This document shows, in pieces, positions 45,141-54,631 of a stretch of 64,000 nucleotides of DNA. Position numbers and translations under genes: made by a program. The notes under the pieces were generated by a model that worked only from the letters and a program-made list of their open reading frames with translations, was not told the origin of the DNA and made no database searches. The DNA is from Syntrophorhabdales bacterium (GTDB lineage: Bacteria; Desulfobacterota; Syntrophorhabdia; Syntrophorhabdales; WCHB1-27), in the NCBI GenBank assembly GCA_035315185.1, contig DATFYE010000027.1, positions 4,021 through 68,020 of the forward strand, in the 5' to 3' direction. The stretch's first letter is position 1; each line of letters begins with the position of its first letter.

Positions 45141-45482
45141 TTATCGCGGATAGGCGGCAACGACGGCTATAAAGGCGCTTTCCTTACCCGTATTGGTAAA
45201 GGCATGGGACACGCCCGCAGGAAGCCATATGGCGTCCCACATTTTCACGGCTCTTTCTTCATCACCCACTTTCATGAGACCTTCGCCTGCGAGCATGAAG
45301 TAGATCTCCTCAACTTCGTCGACATGCTCTTCCATGGTGTTGCCCGGTGGCACAACCGCCCAGGCGAAAAATTCCATCGCCTTCATAAAGTGAGACGTAA
45401 GGAGCATGCGGGCGATGCCTCCGCGATGCGCCACATAGGTTGTTCTTTCAGCTTCCGGGCTTTCTACATTCACGACGATCAT
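45141..45482 (-). CDS. Cupin-domain protein
   Basis: 113 aa. A cupin-like EEHVDEVEEIYFMLAGEG...AIWLPAGVSHAFTN region. Confidence 0.65.
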   Translation of the reverse strand: MIVVNVESPEAERTTYVAHRGGIARMLLTSHFMKAMEFFAWAVVPPGNTMEEHVDEVEEIYFMLAGEGLMKVGDEERAVKMWDAIWLPAGVSHAFTNTGKESAFIAVVAAYPR

Positions 45483-45613
45483 AGCGTCACTCCTTGATAT
45501 CTAAAGGCTTCTGGATTATAGCAATATGGCTCCATAGAATCCATAGCAAAGAGTTCATAGGTGGTTTTTCCAGCGGGTGATCAGCAAGGCTGTTAGCAAT
45601 TTTTCAAAAGTGA

Positions 45614-45929
45614 ACTGTCGTACGATTCAAAAGTGAACTCCTACCAAGAACCTGTGACAGCACGCGCTTCACCGTTTCCTTCGCTCGCTGGTGCTCCGCC
45701 TCACACCCGCTCTATGGTCTCCTTCCGCTTGCCTGCGGAACTCGCGCACGCCTGCTGTCGACAGCAGGCTTACCGCTCAAACAATCCTCGGCATGCGCCT
45801 CACACGGCGCACCGCTCCCTCCGACCAAGGCGGGTACCCGAGAGGCATCCGCAATGCTTCGCTCAGGAAAGGTGCACCGGTGCTGCTTAGGGTCAAGCAA
45901 GAGTTCACTTTTCAGTCGTAGGCGACAGT
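45614..45929. mobile_element. Copy 1 of a structured ~215-bp core repeat, with its own ~28-bp imperfect terminal inverted repeats
   Basis: The core (45671-45880) is about 85% identical to the copies at 51884-52101 and 54657-54874. TIR: ACTGTCGTACGATTCAAAAGTGAACTC (45614-40) versus the reverse complement of 45901-29. A 15-bp direct repeat GTGATCAGCAAGGCT lies at 45577-91 and 45930-44. Confidence 0.6.
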
Positions 45930-46043
45930 GTGATCAGCAAGGCTTGACAGACAGCTTGAGTTCAACCTATGTTTGAGGAAGAGGTGGCTGTAACGAGTTC
46001 GCCTCCTCGATGGATACGAGATATGGGTGTTAGAGGAGCCGGC

Positions 46044-47561
46044 ATGAAAGAAATCCCGCTTAAGGTTGATACAGCAGTTATCGGAGGCGGCATTACGGGT
46101 CTCTACACGTGCTTACAGCTGCGGAAACAGAAGGGCCCTGGCCACAGAATGGCGCTGTTCGAGGCCTCAAACCGCCTCGGGGGCCGGATTGAAACGGTCG
46201 AGATGGACGGCTTTTTAGCAGAATACGGGCCCATGCGATTTGAGAAAAGAGCGCAGCCGCTTCTCATGGATCTGATTCATGAGTTAGGCCTCGAAACAAG
46301 CCATTTTTCTCCCTACATGGCAGCAACCGATCCGGAGTCGCTGTACAGTCTTGGGGAGGATGATCTATGGTCTCGGGGAGGTGATTCCGGAATTCAGCTC
46401 AACGCCCTGGAGCTGCTTTCCCTCGGGATCCTGCGGGTGCTGCAGGCCAGTGGTGGCGACCTCAACAACCCCAGGGATCCTCGCCACTGGGAATGGTGGG
46501 CGGGACTGGGCGAAAGCTTCTATCATGAACTCAGAACTGCGGCAGCCTTTCGTGGTGAACCGTTGCACAACGCCGGCTTCTGGAATGTCCTGAGTGCTGT
46601 CTTAAGCCATCGGGCGCTGACCAAGATTATCAATTACGGGACCTTCTACCATTCGATCCATCAGAATCCGAGCGCGGCCGAGTGTATCATCTTTTGGTTA
46701 CGAGGTCTCCATCCCCATGAGACTATGGCGGGAATCAAAGAGGGCGCCGAGGCTTTGATCACAAAGCTGGCAGAGAGGCTCTTGTCTCTTCAGCCTGAAC
46801 CGATTCCTCTCTACAGGAACCATAAACTGGTGGCGATTGAAGAGCACGAGGGAGACCACCTGCGCCTTGCCTTGTCTGCGCCAGGGGGACGCAGCGTCAC
46901 GGTGTTTGCACGGCATGTCGTGCTTGCCCTTCCTCGGAGCCCGTTGAGAAAACTCGAGTCGTTCTTCCCCGAGACTATCGTCCGTCTGGTCGATTCGGTC
47001 ATTCCCATTCCGCTTTTTAAATGTTTCTTTGTCACGAAAGAACCGTGGTGGAACCAACATACATTGCCTCAAACCGGGGCCTCATGCGTGCCTGCCCGGG
47101 AACTTCATTATTACTATCGAGAAGAAGGAGCCGAGAAACGAGGCATGGTCATGGTTTATGGAGATAGTCCGTCCAAGCACTACTGGCAATCCTTTGTCGC
47201 AGAGGATCCGCACGCGCAGGTGGAGCTGAACAAGGATAAGCGATTGCGCGAGTATTATGTGAAATATCTGAGCCTGGCTCCCCATGTTGCCGACCGATGC
47301 GAACGTGAAGCCCGTGCCGACACGCTCACCTGTTTTGGTATCCGCGACTTCAGCCGTGAGCCCTTTGAAGCGGGTGTTCATCTTTGGAAACCCAGGGTGC
47401 AGATTTACGAGGCAATGAAAAGGCTGTCGGCGTTTCCGCTTTCCCGGGCCGGTCACACGCATAACGGCCTTCATATCTGCGGCGAGGCCTATTCCGATTT
47501 TCAAGGATTCATTGAGGGAGGGCTCAGGACAGCCCTTGCCGTGGTGCGGCAGATCACGTAA
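46044..47561 (+). CDS. FAD-dependent amine-oxidase-family oxidoreductase
   Basis: Dinucleotide-binding VIGGGITGLYTC...FEASNRLGGR motif. RBS GAGGAG upstream of ATG 46044. Confidence 0.72.
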   Translation: MKEIPLKVDTAVIGGGITGLYTCLQLRKQKGPGHRMALFEASNRLGGRIETVEMDGFLAEYGPMRFEKRAQPLLMDLIHELGLETSHFSPYMAATDPESLYSLGEDDLWSRGGDSGIQLNALELLSLGILRVLQASGGDLNNPRDPRHWEWWAGLGESFYHELRTAAAFRGEPLHNAGFWNVLSAVLSHRALTKIINYGTFYHSIHQNPSAAECIIFWLRGLHPHETMAGIKEGAEALITKLAERLLSLQPEPIPLYRNHKLVAIEEHEGDHLRLALSAPGGRSVTVFARHVVLALPRSPLRKLESFFPETIVRLVDSVIPIPLFKCFFVTKEPWWNQHTLPQTGASCVPARELHYYYREEGAEKRGMVMVYGDSPSKHYWQSFVAEDPHAQVELNKDKRLREYYVKYLSLAPHVADRCEREARADTLTCFGIRDFSREPFEAGVHLWKPRVQIYEAMKRLSAFPLSRAGHTHNGLHICGEAYSDFQGFIEGGLRTALAVVRQIT

Positions 47562-47670
47562 CAGAAATCACCGGCCAGGCATGCGCCTCAGGCTCTTGAA
47601 CTGTTGACAATGACAGAACAAGGCCCAATACTAAAAAAGATGCGAAGTAGAAGACTATAGGGGGTGACAA

Positions 47671-47913
47671 ATGGATAGCGACAAAAAGGTTCTGGTTTAC
47701 TCAACGCCTACCTGACCGCACTGCAAGAGGGCGAAAAAGTTCCTCGAGGAGAATGGTATCTCCTTTCAAGATATAGACGTTGCGGCAGACAAAGCAGCCC
47801 GGGAAGAGATGGCACGAAAAGCAGGCCAGATAGTGGTTCCCGTTTTTGACATCGATGGAACAATCATAGTGGGCTACGTTGAGAGCCAGTTGAAGGAAGC
47901 TCTAGGGCTCTAG
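47671..47913 (+). CDS. Glutaredoxin/NrdH-like redoxin, 80 aa, with in-frame TGA (candidate selenocysteine) at the first active-site position (U-P-H-C)
   Basis: It is not in the ORF track because both halves are shorter than 60 aa. My translation is MDSDKKVLVYSTPT-U-PHCKRAKKFLEENGISFQDIDVAADKAAREEMARKAGQIVVPVFDIDGTIIVGYVESQLKEALGL. RBS GGGGGTG. TGA is at 47713-15. A TrxR-like gene follows 24 nt downstream. Confidence 0.7.
47747..47764 (+). promoter_or_regulatory. Candidate SECIS apical hairpin
   Basis: AGGAGA-ATGGTA-TCTCCT starts 32 nt after the UGA and has a GGU-containing loop. Confidence 0.3.
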
Positions 47914-47937
47914 TCCCTTAGGCTTGCGGAGTCTCAC

Positions 47938-48849
47938 ATGCATGATGTGGTCATCATTGGCGCCGGTCCTGCCGGCATGACAGCAGCGGTCTACTGCGCG
48001 CGGAAGAAGCTCAGCACGCTCCTCGTCAGCAAGGACGTTGGCGGCCAAACGCTCTGGACAAACGACATAGAAAATTACATGGGGTACCAGTTCATCGAAG
48101 GGCCGGAACTCGTTGAAAAGTTCGAGCAACAGGTACGCCAATTTCCCATCGACGTGAAGATAGAAGAGGACGTGGTCGGCCTGACCAAGGTGGATGGTGG
48201 TTTCGAAGTGCTTACCGCGAGTGGCTGGACTTACCGGGCAAAGGCGGCGATTATAGCCAGTGGCAAACGGCCCCGGTCGCTCGGCGTCCCTGGGGAAGAA
48301 CGCTTGCGGGGGCGCGGTGTGACGTATTGTGCTACCTGCGACGGCCCCTTGTACGAGGGACTAAAGGTGGCAGTGATCGGGGGTGGTAATTCAGCCGCGG
48401 AAGCGGTCTTGGATATGCTGAAGATTGCGGCGCATGTGTACATGGTCTCCTTAACACCGTTGACCTGCGATCAGCTGCTCGTCGAGAGGTTCAAGGAAAA
48501 CCCGACGCTCACTGTTTACGCGGAACATGTAACACAAGAGGTACTGGGAGACCCCTCGGTGTCAGGTATCCGCATCAAAGACCTCAAGTCTGGCGAAGAG
48601 AGGATTTTGGAAGTCAGGGGGGTCTTTGTTGAGATCGGGCTGGTCCCGAATTCAGATTTTGTAAAGGAACTGGTCAAGCTGAACGGGCCTGGCGAGATAG
48701 AGGTTAGTTGTGCCGGTGAGACCGCAGTTCCGGGCCTGTTCGCAGCCGGCGACGTCACGAATGTTCCCGAGAAACAGATTGTTGTGGCCGCCGGCGAGGG
48801 AGCAAAGGCGGCCCTTCAGGCCCACCGTTTTCTTCAAAGGCTTACATGA
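47938..48849 (+). CDS. Thioredoxin-reductase-like FAD/NAD(P)H disulfide oxidoreductase
   Basis: 303 aa. VVIIGAGPAGMTAA, redox-active CATCDG, and a second Rossmann motif VIGGGNSAAE. Confidence 0.85.
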   Translation: MHDVVIIGAGPAGMTAAVYCARKKLSTLLVSKDVGGQTLWTNDIENYMGYQFIEGPELVEKFEQQVRQFPIDVKIEEDVVGLTKVDGGFEVLTASGWTYRAKAAIIASGKRPRSLGVPGEERLRGRGVTYCATCDGPLYEGLKVAVIGGGNSAAEAVLDMLKIAAHVYMVSLTPLTCDQLLVERFKENPTLTVYAEHVTQEVLGDPSVSGIRIKDLKSGEERILEVRGVFVEIGLVPNSDFVKELVKLNGPGEIEVSCAGETAVPGLFAAGDVTNVPEKQIVVAAGEGAKAALQAHRFLQRLT

Positions 48850-49178
48850 CCTACTCTTACTAAGCCTTTTAGGGGAACTGCGAGAGGCGCCCTCTGAAAG
48901 CCCATTTTCCGCGCAACTGGGCAGGTCAAAAATGCGTATTCGTAACAACTTGAAAATAAAGGGAATCGTTAGTTGCTCTTTTTTTGACAATCGACCATAT
49001 CGGAATATCTGGTTTCCCGGATACTCGTTGAAACCACTAGGTTTTTAAGATTGCCACATCACAGGGCAAACCGAAGAAAGTCTCCTGATATTAACATGTT
49101 ATCGGTATCTTTCGACAAATTTTGTACAAGTTTTCCACAGAAATTGTGGAAAACTCTCCTAACTGGCCGACTTCTCTA

Positions 49179-49694
49179 ATGTATCCGGAGATACTGACCG
49201 TAGGTCATTCGACACGCGCCTTGGAGGTATTCATCAGCCTCCTGAAAGAAAATGGTGCTGAGTGGATAGTCGATGTACGGAGCATCCCTCGCTCTCGACA
49301 TAACCCGCAATTCAACCGGGATACGTTACCCGAGAGCCTGTCTGGAGCAGACATAGGTTACTCGCATATGGCGGGGCTCGGGGGATTCCGGAAGCCGAGA
49401 GCCGATTCTCCGAATACAGGATGGAGAAACGCAGGTTTTCGCGGCTACGCTGACTACATGCAGACCGCTCAGTTTCAGCAGAGTCTTGAAGCTCTCCTCA
49501 GCCTGACAAAAGAGAGAAGGGTGGCCCTGATGTGCGCGGAGGCCGTTCCATGGCGGTGCCATCGTTCTCTGATCTCAGATGCGCTTGTCGTGCGTGCCGC
49601 TAGAGTGACCCATATACTTGGTCCGGGAGAGAGCATTGCTCACGTTCTTACGGCCGGGGCGAAAGTGAAAGACGGATTGATTACGTATCCTTAG
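49179..49694 (+). CDS. DUF488 family protein
   Basis: ILTVGHSTR...VDVRSIPRSRHNPQFN...CAEAVPWRCHRSLISD motifs. Confidence 0.72.
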   Translation: MYPEILTVGHSTRALEVFISLLKENGAEWIVDVRSIPRSRHNPQFNRDTLPESLSGADIGYSHMAGLGGFRKPRADSPNTGWRNAGFRGYADYMQTAQFQQSLEALLSLTKERRVALMCAEAVPWRCHRSLISDALVVRAARVTHILGPGESIAHVLTAGAKVKDGLITYP

Positions 49695-49791
49695 CTAAAA
49701 ACCCGCTTCAACCGATAATTGTTATAGCCCAACGCCGCATCGACCCGAACTGGGCTGGCTGGCGACAAGTCCTTATGATAGGGCAGGAGTC

Positions 49792-50772
49792 ATGGAAAAA
49801 ATTTCCCTGGTAAAAAGGAGGAAACAGACTGTCGAGTCTGCTTCCGTCGAGAAGCCTTCTGCAAAACAGCCCGTGCAGCAAAAGAAGACAGCCCGGCAAT
49901 GGTTCGAGGAGGGTCGCACATATGACGGCACCAAGGAAGCGTCGGACAAAGCTATTGAAGCTTACAACCAGAGCATACAGCTTGACGAGAACCTCACCGA
50001 CGCTTACGTGAACCTCGGGTTCATCTACCTCGAGAGAGAGCAGTACGAAGAGGCCTTGAAATGCCTCAGCAAGGTGGTAGAACTGGAAAGCGAGAATCCC
50101 GAGGCCTACAATAACCTCGGCTACGTATACGAAAAAATGGAACGCCTCGGTGCTGCAAAGCAGATGTATGAAAAGGCGCTGGAGGTAAAGCCGGGCGATG
50201 TCGAAGGTCTTATTAACCTGGCACAAATTGCGGATTTGCAGGGAGACTACCAGGGAGCCCTGGAGGGTTATCGGAAAGCCACCGAAGCCGATCCCAATGC
50301 TGTTTCACCCCACTTCTGCCTTGCCTTGCTCTACGATCGGCACGACATGTTTGACGAGGCCGCGGAGGTGTACCAGAAGGTGGTCAAATTGGACCCCACC
50401 CACGTGAAGTCACTCCTCAATCTCGGGAACCTTCACACGAAACAAGGTCAGTACCGAAAAGCGATTGAATGTTTCCAGCGTGTTCTGGAAGTGGCAGGAG
50501 ACAATGCTGACGCGTACAACAATTTAGGCGCGATCTACGAAGAATTGGGACGCTTTAACGACGCCGTGGCAGCCTACGAGAAGTCGATTTCGATAAATTC
50601 ATTTCACGAGGACGCCCATTTTAATCTTGCGAGGCTGGCATATTATCAGTACGCTGCAAACCCCGCGGCCTACAAGAAAGAACCGATCGCTCGACGCCTT
50701 CAGTTTGTACTTTCTATGAATCCAAGAAATACAAAAGTCGAACAGCTCCTCCAAAAACTGCGAGAGACGTAA
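49792..50772 (+). CDS. Tetratricopeptide-repeat protein
   Basis: 326 aa with about 7 TPR units (AYNNLGYVYEKMERLGAAKQMYEKALEVKP and similar). Confidence 0.8.
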   Translation: MEKISLVKRRKQTVESASVEKPSAKQPVQQKKTARQWFEEGRTYDGTKEASDKAIEAYNQSIQLDENLTDAYVNLGFIYLEREQYEEALKCLSKVVELESENPEAYNNLGYVYEKMERLGAAKQMYEKALEVKPGDVEGLINLAQIADLQGDYQGALEGYRKATEADPNAVSPHFCLALLYDRHDMFDEAAEVYQKVVKLDPTHVKSLLNLGNLHTKQGQYRKAIECFQRVLEVAGDNADAYNNLGAIYEELGRFNDAVAAYEKSISINSFHEDAHFNLARLAYYQYAANPAAYKKEPIARRLQFVLSMNPRNTKVEQLLQKLRET

Positions 50773-50812
50773 TGCGATGAAGCGAAGAAGGGATCATCGC
50801 TTCATCTATCGC

Positions 50813-51835
50813 TTAATGTGATTTAAGGTAGTCAAGACAGAACTTGAGAACCTCGTCCCCGGGGAATCCCTTCGCCTTCACGCCCTTCGCGTACTCGTCG
50901 AGGAGGGGCCTTACCTGAGCGGCCCAGCGTGCGTCTTCCTCCTTTGAGAGGGCTATGATTTTGCTGCCCCTTACCTGCACCACCTCGATAGCCTCTTTGT
51001 CGATCTCATCCCAGGCCTTACCCTCTTTCTCGATCCACTCGTCGTTGACCTTTTCGATCACCTTCTGATCGGCGGGTGAGATGGAGTTCCACTTTGCCTT
51101 GTTCATGACCACAAAGTGCGCAGAGGTATAAGCCGCACCGTAATCCAGAGTGTGGCTGCTGACCACTTCAGCCAGCTTCCAGCCTTTCATCGCCTCGAAT
51201 GGGCAAAGGATTGCATCGGCGACACCCTTCGAGAGTGCATCGTAAGCCTCGCCCATCGGCATGCCGACGGGTGCGCCGCCAAGAGCCTGGACGATGTTTG
51301 CTGCGACACCCTGAGACCGGATCTTGAGACCCTTAACGTCTTCGAGCTTAGCGACGGGCCTCTTACTGTGGAGTAAGCCGGGGCCATGGGAGTAAAAGTA
51401 AAGGACTCGTGTCTCGTCCCATTCCTTCGGCTTGAACTCGTTGTAAAATGCATTGGTCATGTGTGTTGCTTGGGTAGCGCTTTTGTATCCGAGCGGCAGA
51501 CCGACCACCTCGGTAAGCGGGAACTTTCCTCTCGTGTACGCCGCGTCGGCAAGCCCTATATCGGCGATACCCTTCACCACGCTATCATATGTCTGCACGG
51601 CGGGGGTGAGAGTGTTATTCGGAAAGACCGTAACTTTGATTCGTCCATTGGTCCTTTTTTCAACTTCTTTACACCAGTCATTGACCACCTGACTCTGCCG
51701 GTGCGGAGCGGGGAACATTGTCGAATAGCGGAGAGTGATCGTTTTTTCCTCCGCTGCGCCACTCTGACAAGGGATAAGACAGACAAAAAAAGCGAAGACA
51801 AGAAAACCGGTACCAATAACGGAAAACTTTTTCAT
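50813..51835 (-). CDS. TRAP transporter solute-binding protein, DctP family (orphan)
   Basis: About 340 aa from ATG 51835 (RBS AAGGAGG). Signal peptide. The ORF-track start at 51964 extends into the repeat element. Confidence 0.82.
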   Translation of the reverse strand: MKKFSVIGTGFLVFAFFVCLIPCQSGAAEEKTITLRYSTMFPAPHRQSQVVNDWCKEVEKRTNGRIKVTVFPNNTLTPAVQTYDSVVKGIADIGLADAAYTRGKFPLTEVVGLPLGYKSATQATHMTNAFYNEFKPKEWDETRVLYFYSHGPGLLHSKRPVAKLEDVKGLKIRSQGVAANIVQALGGAPVGMPMGEAYDALSKGVADAILCPFEAMKGWKLAEVVSSHTLDYGAAYTSAHFVVMNKAKWNSISPADQKVIEKVNDEWIEKEGKAWDEIDKEAIEVVQVRGSKIIALSKEEDARWAAQVRPLLDEYAKGVKAKGFPGDEVLKFCLDYLKSH

Positions 51836-51856
51836 AACCGCCTCCTTAGTCTTGAG

Positions 51857-52101
51857 TAGTATTGTCCGAATCCGCGCTGGCTTCAACCATTTCCTTCGCT
51901 CGCTGCTGCTCCGTCTCTCACCCGTTCTAAGTTCTCCTTCCGCTTGCCTGTGGAACTCGCGCACGCCTGCTATCGATAGCAGGCTTACCGCTCAGACAGT
52001 CCTCGTCATGCGCCCCACACTGCGCACCGCTCCCTCCGAACATAAGACGGGTCCCGAGAGACTCCCGCAATGCTTCGCTCAGGAAAGGTTGAGCCGCGCT
52101 C
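51857..52101. mobile_element. Copy 2 of the structured core repeat (left arm present, right arm missing)
   Basis: About 95% identical to copy 3 across 51857-52101. The homology ends at ...GAGCCGCGCTC. It lies 22 nt upstream of the dctP start codon. Confidence 0.6.
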
Positions 52102-52188
52102 TGTACGATTGTTTTGCTTGCATTCAAGATTTCTCAACCTCAACCTGCTTTTTCTTTTTCCTGCTTTCTCCCTAACCTGTTGTTCCTG

Positions 52189-53583
52189 CTAGACCAGGTC
52201 CTCCGGCTTCGGAATATATTTTTTCAAATCAATCCGCTTCATCACATCCTCAGGCACAACCGCGACAGGAGGAAAATCCTTTCGGAAAGGCTTTGCTGTT
52301 GCGTCGATACCCACTTTTGTCACCACCGCCTCTTGCGCCGCAGACAGATCGAGGTCAGTCCCGAGCACACCCGGCAGAATCATCACATCCCTGTCAGCCT
52401 GGACCCTGGTGGCGAGCGCCCACGTTATTTGAGCTCCGTTATCGAGATCGATGTCAGAGTCGAAACAGATCACATACTTGAGGTACATATCGTTTGCAAA
52501 GGCGGCCAGGATGGCCTGCTTGGGCTGGCCCGCATGTTTTTTGTCGAGTTGAATAAAGCCGTACCACCATCCCGCTGCCGCTATAAACTTGAACTTCTTG
52601 ACGTCGGGCACAGCCTCTTTTAGTTTGCGGTTCATGAACGCATGCTGCGGGAGGCGCCCCATGAGCATGCCTTTGCTCGGCCAGGCACCCATGTCGTGCA
52701 CGATAGGGTTTTTCCTGTGCGTTATGGCGGTGATTTTTACAGGATGGCGCATGGCGACCTGGTGATACTTGGTGAAATCTCCCCATGGGCCCTCCTGCTC
52801 GCGGACGCCGGGAGGGATTACGCCCTCTATGATGATCTCAGCGCGCGCAGGGACGAGCACATCACTGGTCTCACACGTCACCACCTCCAGCGGCTCGCCC
52901 ATCAAGCTGCCCGCAATATCAAACTCTGAAGGCGGATGGCCGACACGACTCTGGAAGGCGGTCGCCCACGCGGGGTGAAGCCCTACGGCAAACGCGATCG
53001 GGAGAGGCTCGTTCCGCTCCATGTATTCATTATAGATGTACCAGAAATGGCGGCCGGGCGTGATGTGCGTGACACCGAGATGCGGTTTCTTTACCATAAA
53101 ACGGTAATGGGAACAGTGAGGCGCATTTATTTTTCTGTCCATTACGATGCCCACGGCCCGCGTCAAATAGGGCGCTTCGCCCTTGTGATGTGTGATGAAA
53201 GGAAAGCGGGTCATGTCAGCCTTTTTTCCGGTCAGGACAACATCCCTGCAAGGAGCATCTTTTTTATTGATCTCTTTTGCAGGGTATTTGTTCAGCCTGA
53301 TTGCCTCCTCTTCCTTTTCCGCATAATAGTCCTCCACTTTTTCAGGAGGGATACCAAGGGCCAGGCCGTATTTGGTCGCGCTCGTCTCAGTATTACAGAC
53401 GACAGGCGTGCTGTACCCTTTCACATTCTCAAAGAGCACCATGGGATATTTTCCCATCAGGTCCAGTTTCTTGATTATTGCGGAGATCTCATATTTGGGA
53501 TCAACCTCTCGCGTGACCCGGACATACTCCTGCGGCAGCTTCTTTTCGCACTCCGCCATGAACGTTCTCAAATCTTTCGGCAT
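52189..53583 (-). CDS. UbiD-family decarboxylase, fourth paralog
   Basis: About 464 aa from ATG 53583 (RBS GGAGGG). UbiD fold. Confidence 0.82.
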   Translation of the reverse strand: MPKDLRTFMAECEKKLPQEYVRVTREVDPKYEISAIIKKLDLMGKYPMVLFENVKGYSTPVVCNTETSATKYGLALGIPPEKVEDYYAEKEEEAIRLNKYPAKEINKKDAPCRDVVLTGKKADMTRFPFITHHKGEAPYLTRAVGIVMDRKINAPHCSHYRFMVKKPHLGVTHITPGRHFWYIYNEYMERNEPLPIAFAVGLHPAWATAFQSRVGHPPSEFDIAGSLMGEPLEVVTCETSDVLVPARAEIIIEGVIPPGVREQEGPWGDFTKYHQVAMRHPVKITAITHRKNPIVHDMGAWPSKGMLMGRLPQHAFMNRKLKEAVPDVKKFKFIAAAGWWYGFIQLDKKHAGQPKQAILAAFANDMYLKYVICFDSDIDLDNGAQITWALATRVQADRDVMILPGVLGTDLDLSAAQEAVVTKVGIDATAKPFRKDFPPVAVVPEDVMKRIDLKKYIPKPEDLV

Positions 53584-53626
53584 CAAGCCCTCCTTTTTTT
53601 GTACAAGCCTCGCTCGCATCCTGCGA

Positions 53627-54607
53627 TTACTTCTTCCACGCGCCAATCTCTTTCAGATACTTTTCCGCTCCCGGATGAAAGGGAACGGGGGTAGCCTTTG
53701 TCATGTTCTCCAGCGTAAAGTCGCCTGGTGTCGAAGCATGGATCGCATAGTAGTCCTGCCGGTGTTCCCAGAGATTTTTCAGGAACCGGTAGACAAAATC
53801 CTCACTCACGTCAGCATGGGTGAAGATGCTGGTTGCAAATCCGTAAACGGGCGTATCCTGATCCATGCCTCTGTACGATTTTGCTTTGATGACCCTTTTG
53901 TAGTAATACGGATGTTCCGGCAGCACCTTGTTGAAAGCCTGTTCGTCGACGGGCACCACGCGGGCGGGCGTGAGCTGTGAGAGTTCCATGTACGACGGCA
54001 TCGGATAGGCTCCTCCGAGAAAGCCGCCGTCGAGGCTCCCGTTCTGTATCCCTTCAACCACCTCTTTGAACACGTAGTAGTAAGGTTTGAAATCGTTCTT
54101 TGTCACACCGTGCGCTTCAAAGAAGAGAAGGGCGCTCGTGGAAACCGTGCTGCCCGGGCCTCCGATCCCGATGCGCTTGCCTTTAGCATCCGCAAAAGAT
54201 TTGATAGGACCTTTAGCCGGCACGGCAAAATATTGGTCCGAACCATTGATGAAGCAGATTGCCCGAAGCGTGGAGAATGGTTTGCCCGCGTATTCGCCAA
54301 GACCTTTATATGCCCGGAAGCCGTCAGGAGTGCCGAAAAGGGCGAAGGCAGGCTTCTTACCGGCCTCCCTCTGCATCATGCGCCGGACCATCTCCATGGT
54401 GCCTGTCGCAGCTTCATGAACAAAGTTGGCATCCGGCATGTACTTGTTCGTCACAGCGGCCACGCCTGCACCGAGAATGTAGACAGTGCCACCCGAAGGC
54501 GGTGTGTACAGGGGCGCCAACTCCGCAGCTTGTATTGACGGATGACTGCACAAGAGTATCAGAGCCGCGAAGCCGAGAACAGATGCAATGAGTCTAACAT
54601 ATTTCAT
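53627..54607 (-). CDS. TAXI-family TRAP solute-binding protein
   Basis: About 326 aa from ATG 54607. Signal peptide. GGTVYILGAGVAAV and GIGGPGSTV motifs. Confidence 0.78.
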   Translation of the reverse strand: MKYVRLIASVLGFAALILLCSHPSIQAAELAPLYTPPSGGTVYILGAGVAAVTNKYMPDANFVHEAATGTMEMVRRMMQREAGKKPAFALFGTPDGFRAYKGLGEYAGKPFSTLRAICFINGSDQYFAVPAKGPIKSFADAKGKRIGIGGPGSTVSTSALLFFEAHGVTKNDFKPYYYVFKEVVEGIQNGSLDGGFLGGAYPMPSYMELSQLTPARVVPVDEQAFNKVLPEHPYYYKRVIKAKSYRGMDQDTPVYGFATSIFTHADVSEDFVYRFLKNLWEHRQDYYAIHASTPGDFTLENMTKATPVPFHPGAEKYLKEIGAWKK

Positions 54608-54631
54608 CCGCACCCCCTCTTCTGCGCATTA

